Assembly (NCBI GenBank): GCA_003990765.1
Contig: RBNJ01000235.1
Span: forward strand, 1 to 35,879
Direction of reading: 5' to 3'
Source of the DNA: Jimgerdemannia flammicorona
Lineage: Eukaryota
DNA: 35,879 nucleotides
Made by a program: the position numbers and the translations under genes. Below, piece after piece: positions 32,235 through 35,879 of the stretch. The first letter of the stretch is position 1; every line of letters starts with the position of its first letter. Under the pieces are notes generated by a model. The model saw nothing but the letters and a program-made list of their open reading frames with translations. It was not told where the DNA came from and searched no databases.

Positions 32235-35200
32235 ATGATTAATATTATTCCTTATAAATAGTACAACAAACATATTCTCTATGAATGTGAATAGATTACA
32301 GAGATTGGTTCAAAGACAAAACATTTTTACATGGATAAAGGAACTGGGGGCTGATATTTTTCTATTGCAGAATATCAGATATGAGGATGACTTGGATCAA
32401 CTAGAGTGGATGAAGAAATGAGGAGATGTGGTAGTATAGAAGGGCAAGGTTGGGATCTTGGTCAGGAGGGGCAAAGGAGAGATATAGGATGTAGAGGGCT
32501 AGGGGGACTAGTTGGTGTGGGGAGAGTGGTGTTGACCTGGTTGAGAGCTGGTTATCATGAGTTTATACTACTGTCCTACTGTGCAGGGTGAGCAGATGGA
32601 GTGGGTGAAAGGTCTTTGAGAAAGTGGGGTCTTTATGGAGACTAGAGTAGATATTCTTGGAGGGGACTTTAATATGGTCCAGGATATACTGGTGGATAGG
32701 ACTGATGGAGGGAGGGGTGCTGAGAGTCGAAGTGGGGGCCTGAGGGCATAGGAGGATGTGAAAAGGCTGGGCTCTCTGATAGATACTGAGAGGGAATTCT
32801 GGGGAGATAGAAGAATATATGTATATACACTGGGAAAATGGCCTAGAGATGAGGATCAACTGGGTATTGATGGCAGATTGTTGGGGGCTGGATATTTGGA
32901 AGTCACTAGAGGCTGAGTGGTGTCTATGGTCTGATTATTGGAAGCTATTGGGACAGGGACATTTTGGGGGGAGTGGGGATAGACCTGGACATTAGTACCT
33001 AAATTCCTCTTTGTTGGATGAGAAGGCATTGTGGGATAAGTGGGCAGAGGACATTCAGCAGAGAGTGGAGAGTTGGGTATAAGAGGGTGTCACAATTAGT
33101 ATTTGATAAGTAAGGTTGAAGAAGGCTGCTAGAGTTTATTGAAGAGAGGTGGGCAAGATGGTAAGCAGATAGAGGAGACAGAGAGTGAACTGGACCTCTA
33201 CTAGACTGGTATGACTTTTGGAGAATTGGGCTGATCTCTTGGCCCTGGAGGGGGTGGAGGACTGGTGGCTGAGCTGGGCTAGGATAGAGCTATGACAGGT
33301 ATTGAGAGAAGAGGAAGAGATACAGATGTAAAGTCTAGCTGTCTGATTATGCTGGCAGGGGCTAAAGGAGGGGGAGAGGCCATCTAAATACCTTTCAAGG
33401 ATCCTGCAGGTAAGGAGAGTAAGGCAGAGGTGAGAGGGGGTACTGAATTTAGATAGACTACTGGTATATAGTTCACAGGACATTTTGGGCTTACTCAAGG
33501 AGAGGTGGAGCAGTTTGTGGAGTGAGGAGGAGGGGAGGGCTCCAGCTGCTACCATTGCACATACTTTGGAGGATTAGTACTCACTTCAAGTAGATGAGTT
33601 GAACAGTTTGGTGATACTAGTTCAGGAGGAGGAGATCCACTAGATACTTGCCATGACTATACTGGACACAGTATCTAGAGAGGATGGTCTGCCCTAGGAC
33701 TTTTGGAAGAGGATGCTGAGTGTACCTGGAGTGCTGGGAGAGATGATGGTGATGTGTAATTCAGTACTACAGTCAGAGAGGTGGGTGGGAGAGTAGGATC
33801 TGGGGCTGGTGGCACTGCTTTATAAGGACAAGAGTAGAAGGGAGGACTGGAAGAACTGGCAGCCCATCATGCTTCTGAACATGGATAAGAAGTTGGTCAC
33901 TAAGGTAGTGGTGGCAAGGCTGCAAAAGGTGGTCTAGCAAGTTTTGGGTGAGGAGTAGCAAGGCTTCATAGGAGGGCAGCTCATTAGGGATAGTATGGTC
34001 TGAGTATATGGCATTATTGAAGGAGCTCAAGCTTGTAGTCTAGATGAGAGACTGGTCTTCTTAGATCAGGAGAAGGCTTATGACCATGTGTAGTGAGTCT
34101 GGCTAGAGAAGGTTCTGAACAGAATTAGTGTCCCTCTGTAGTTTTGAGTAACTATGATCAGTCTACTGGAAAGGAGTAGAGTGGTGCTCTTGTGTAATAG
34201 GCATAGAGGGGTGGCATTCACTCTGGGGAGAGGTATTCCCCAGAGAGATCCACTGTCTTCTATTTTGTATGTTCTGGCCTTAGAGCTATTAATGGATAAG
34301 ATTTGGTAGAAGATAGTAGGGCTCTCTATATTTGGTATTGTGTGGAAGGTTGGAGCCTTTGTAGCTGACATAGTGGTCAGTTTAGAGTCAGTTGCAGATG
34401 TTGAGGAGCTTCAGAAAACAGTGAAGTGGTATGAGACACACTCTGGAGCTAAACTTAACTGGTATAAGTATAAAACAATGGTGTTAGATAATAGTCTGGT
34501 GGGAGGGAATGTCATTGGAATAATTGTTTCTACTAGAGAGACTTTGAGGTACTTGGACATCTATCTCTCTGTATATGGATCAGTCCTGCTACATACATAC
34601 CTGATGGGAGCAATGAGTGGCCATATAGAGGGAGATCCTGTGAGATTGGAGAGGCTGCCACCTGTCTTTGGCAGGGTGCATTGCAATTTTGAATGTCTAC
34701 TGGCTGCCAAAGTTGTGGTATTTGGCATATCATCTGGACTTTCTGGTCTGGGTAGTGAAGAGGCTATTGAAGCTGGCCAAAGATTGGATCTGAGCTGGGT
34801 GGAGGAGCCAGATTAGCTGAAAAATCTTGTCACTGTCAGTGGCTAGAGGAGGCCTTGGGCTGGTTGACTTCCCAAAGAGGCTATATTGTCTGAGAGCATA
34901 GTGGCTAAAGAGAGCCATGGAACTGAGGGGTGGTAGTTGGATTCCCCTGATGAAGAAGGTCTGAGAGATAAGGTGCTCACCAAGAGGAACTATTGGTGAT
35001 TTACTATTCTTAGTTGGGCTGCCAAACAGGAGACAAATGCAATTCAAGGGCTTCTGGTAGAGAGTAGTTAATGGGGCTCACCACATTGGGATTTGCTGGC
35101 AGAGAGATAAAGGAGAGAAGCTGTGGGATCCAGTAATATGGAGATGAGATTGAGTGTTATTGGGGGGTACTCCTCTTTTGGACTTTGATATTGGCAATAG

Positions 35201-35800
35201 GGTGGAGTGCCAGAGGGGGATGGGACAGAATGTATGGCCTAGTGACTGACAGATGGCAGAAATTGGAGAAGAGTGAGACTGGAATAGAGTCTGGGCCTAG
35301 AGTGCAGCAATAAGGTATTGGTTACTACCTAAGTACTGGGTGGTTTGGTGGTACATGCTGCAGAGGAATATTATGCTCAACTTTCACTCAGGCTATCTTG
35401 TAGAGAAGAGGGACTTTGATTGTGAGGAGTGCTATAATGTAAGACAGAAAGAGGAATTTGAATAGATATCAGAACATTAACTGGGAGAGTGTGAGATACT
35501 TAGAGACTTTTGGTTAGTAGTTGGGAATAGGTTAGATATTGTGTACAGAGAGGATAGCAAGTAGAGTTGATGGGATGATCTGAGAGATAGATTGGTAGAG
35601 GGGGTGGGGAAGGAGTGGCTGACTTTGGGTTAGGTATTAGTGGTGTGGGTGAGACTGACAGGTCACTGGTAGTTTGTGTTTGAGGAGAGAAAGCAGTTGA
35701 GTTTGGAGAAGAGATTGGCAAGGTAGAAATGGCTGATGGAGGACATTTTAACAGACTGGTGACTGGGATGGAGTCTGTAGAGGGGTTAGTGGCACTAATT
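32235..35800 (+). pseudogene. LINE ORF2 (AP endonuclease + reverse transcriptase) pseudogene; ends approximate
   Basis: FSMNVNRL...DIFLLQ, ILGGDFN (~32651), WSDY, EDGLP, NWQPIMLLNMDKK, FLDQEKAYDHV, GIPQRDPLS, AFVADIVV, SGAKLN, RYLDI, RGGLGLVDF, CEEC...H...C. Confidence 0.9.
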
Positions 35801-35879
35801 GATAGAGAAAATCTGTAGATAGAGTGAGAGGAAAGTTGGAGTAGTGGGTAGCAGAGTGGTTTTCAAGTATGAGGGTATA

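Larger units (their letters stand above)
30100..35879 (+). mobile_element. Non-LTR retrotransposon (LINE, L1/Tx1-like), degenerate; 5' junction approximate, 3' end beyond window
   Basis: APE + RT + C-terminal Cys/His ORF2 preceded by an ORF1-sized region; strongly G/A-rich plus strand. Confidence 0.9.

Overview
Gene-free, fungal-like eukaryotic repeat region made of nested, mutationally inactivated retroelements. It holds three copies of one Ty3/Gypsy LTR family ('A': A1 23-9480 +; A2 10180-15568 +, 3'-truncated; A3 17751-26418 -, complete with ~1.5-kb LTRs, PBS, PPT and a 4-bp TSD). It also holds an older related element ('B', ~16286-30095 -) split by A3, a ~2-kb solo LTR of a third family ('C', 5773-7779) inside the A1 integrase, and an L1/Tx1-type LINE (~30100-35879 +). 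All are eroded by C>T/G>A transitions and CpG is almost absent, so the ORF track shows only fragments. Comparing copies reveals an unusual architecture. One ORF encodes Gag(CCHC)-protease-Cys/His motif-dUTPase-RT-RNase H. Integrase is a separate ORF whose ATG overlaps the upstream stop (ATGAATAA) in both A and B. A third accessory ORF is homologous across A, B and C; it lies before the PPT in B but inside the LTR in A and C. All analysis was done by eye; boundaries marked ~ are approximate and the host taxon cannot be fixed from this window.
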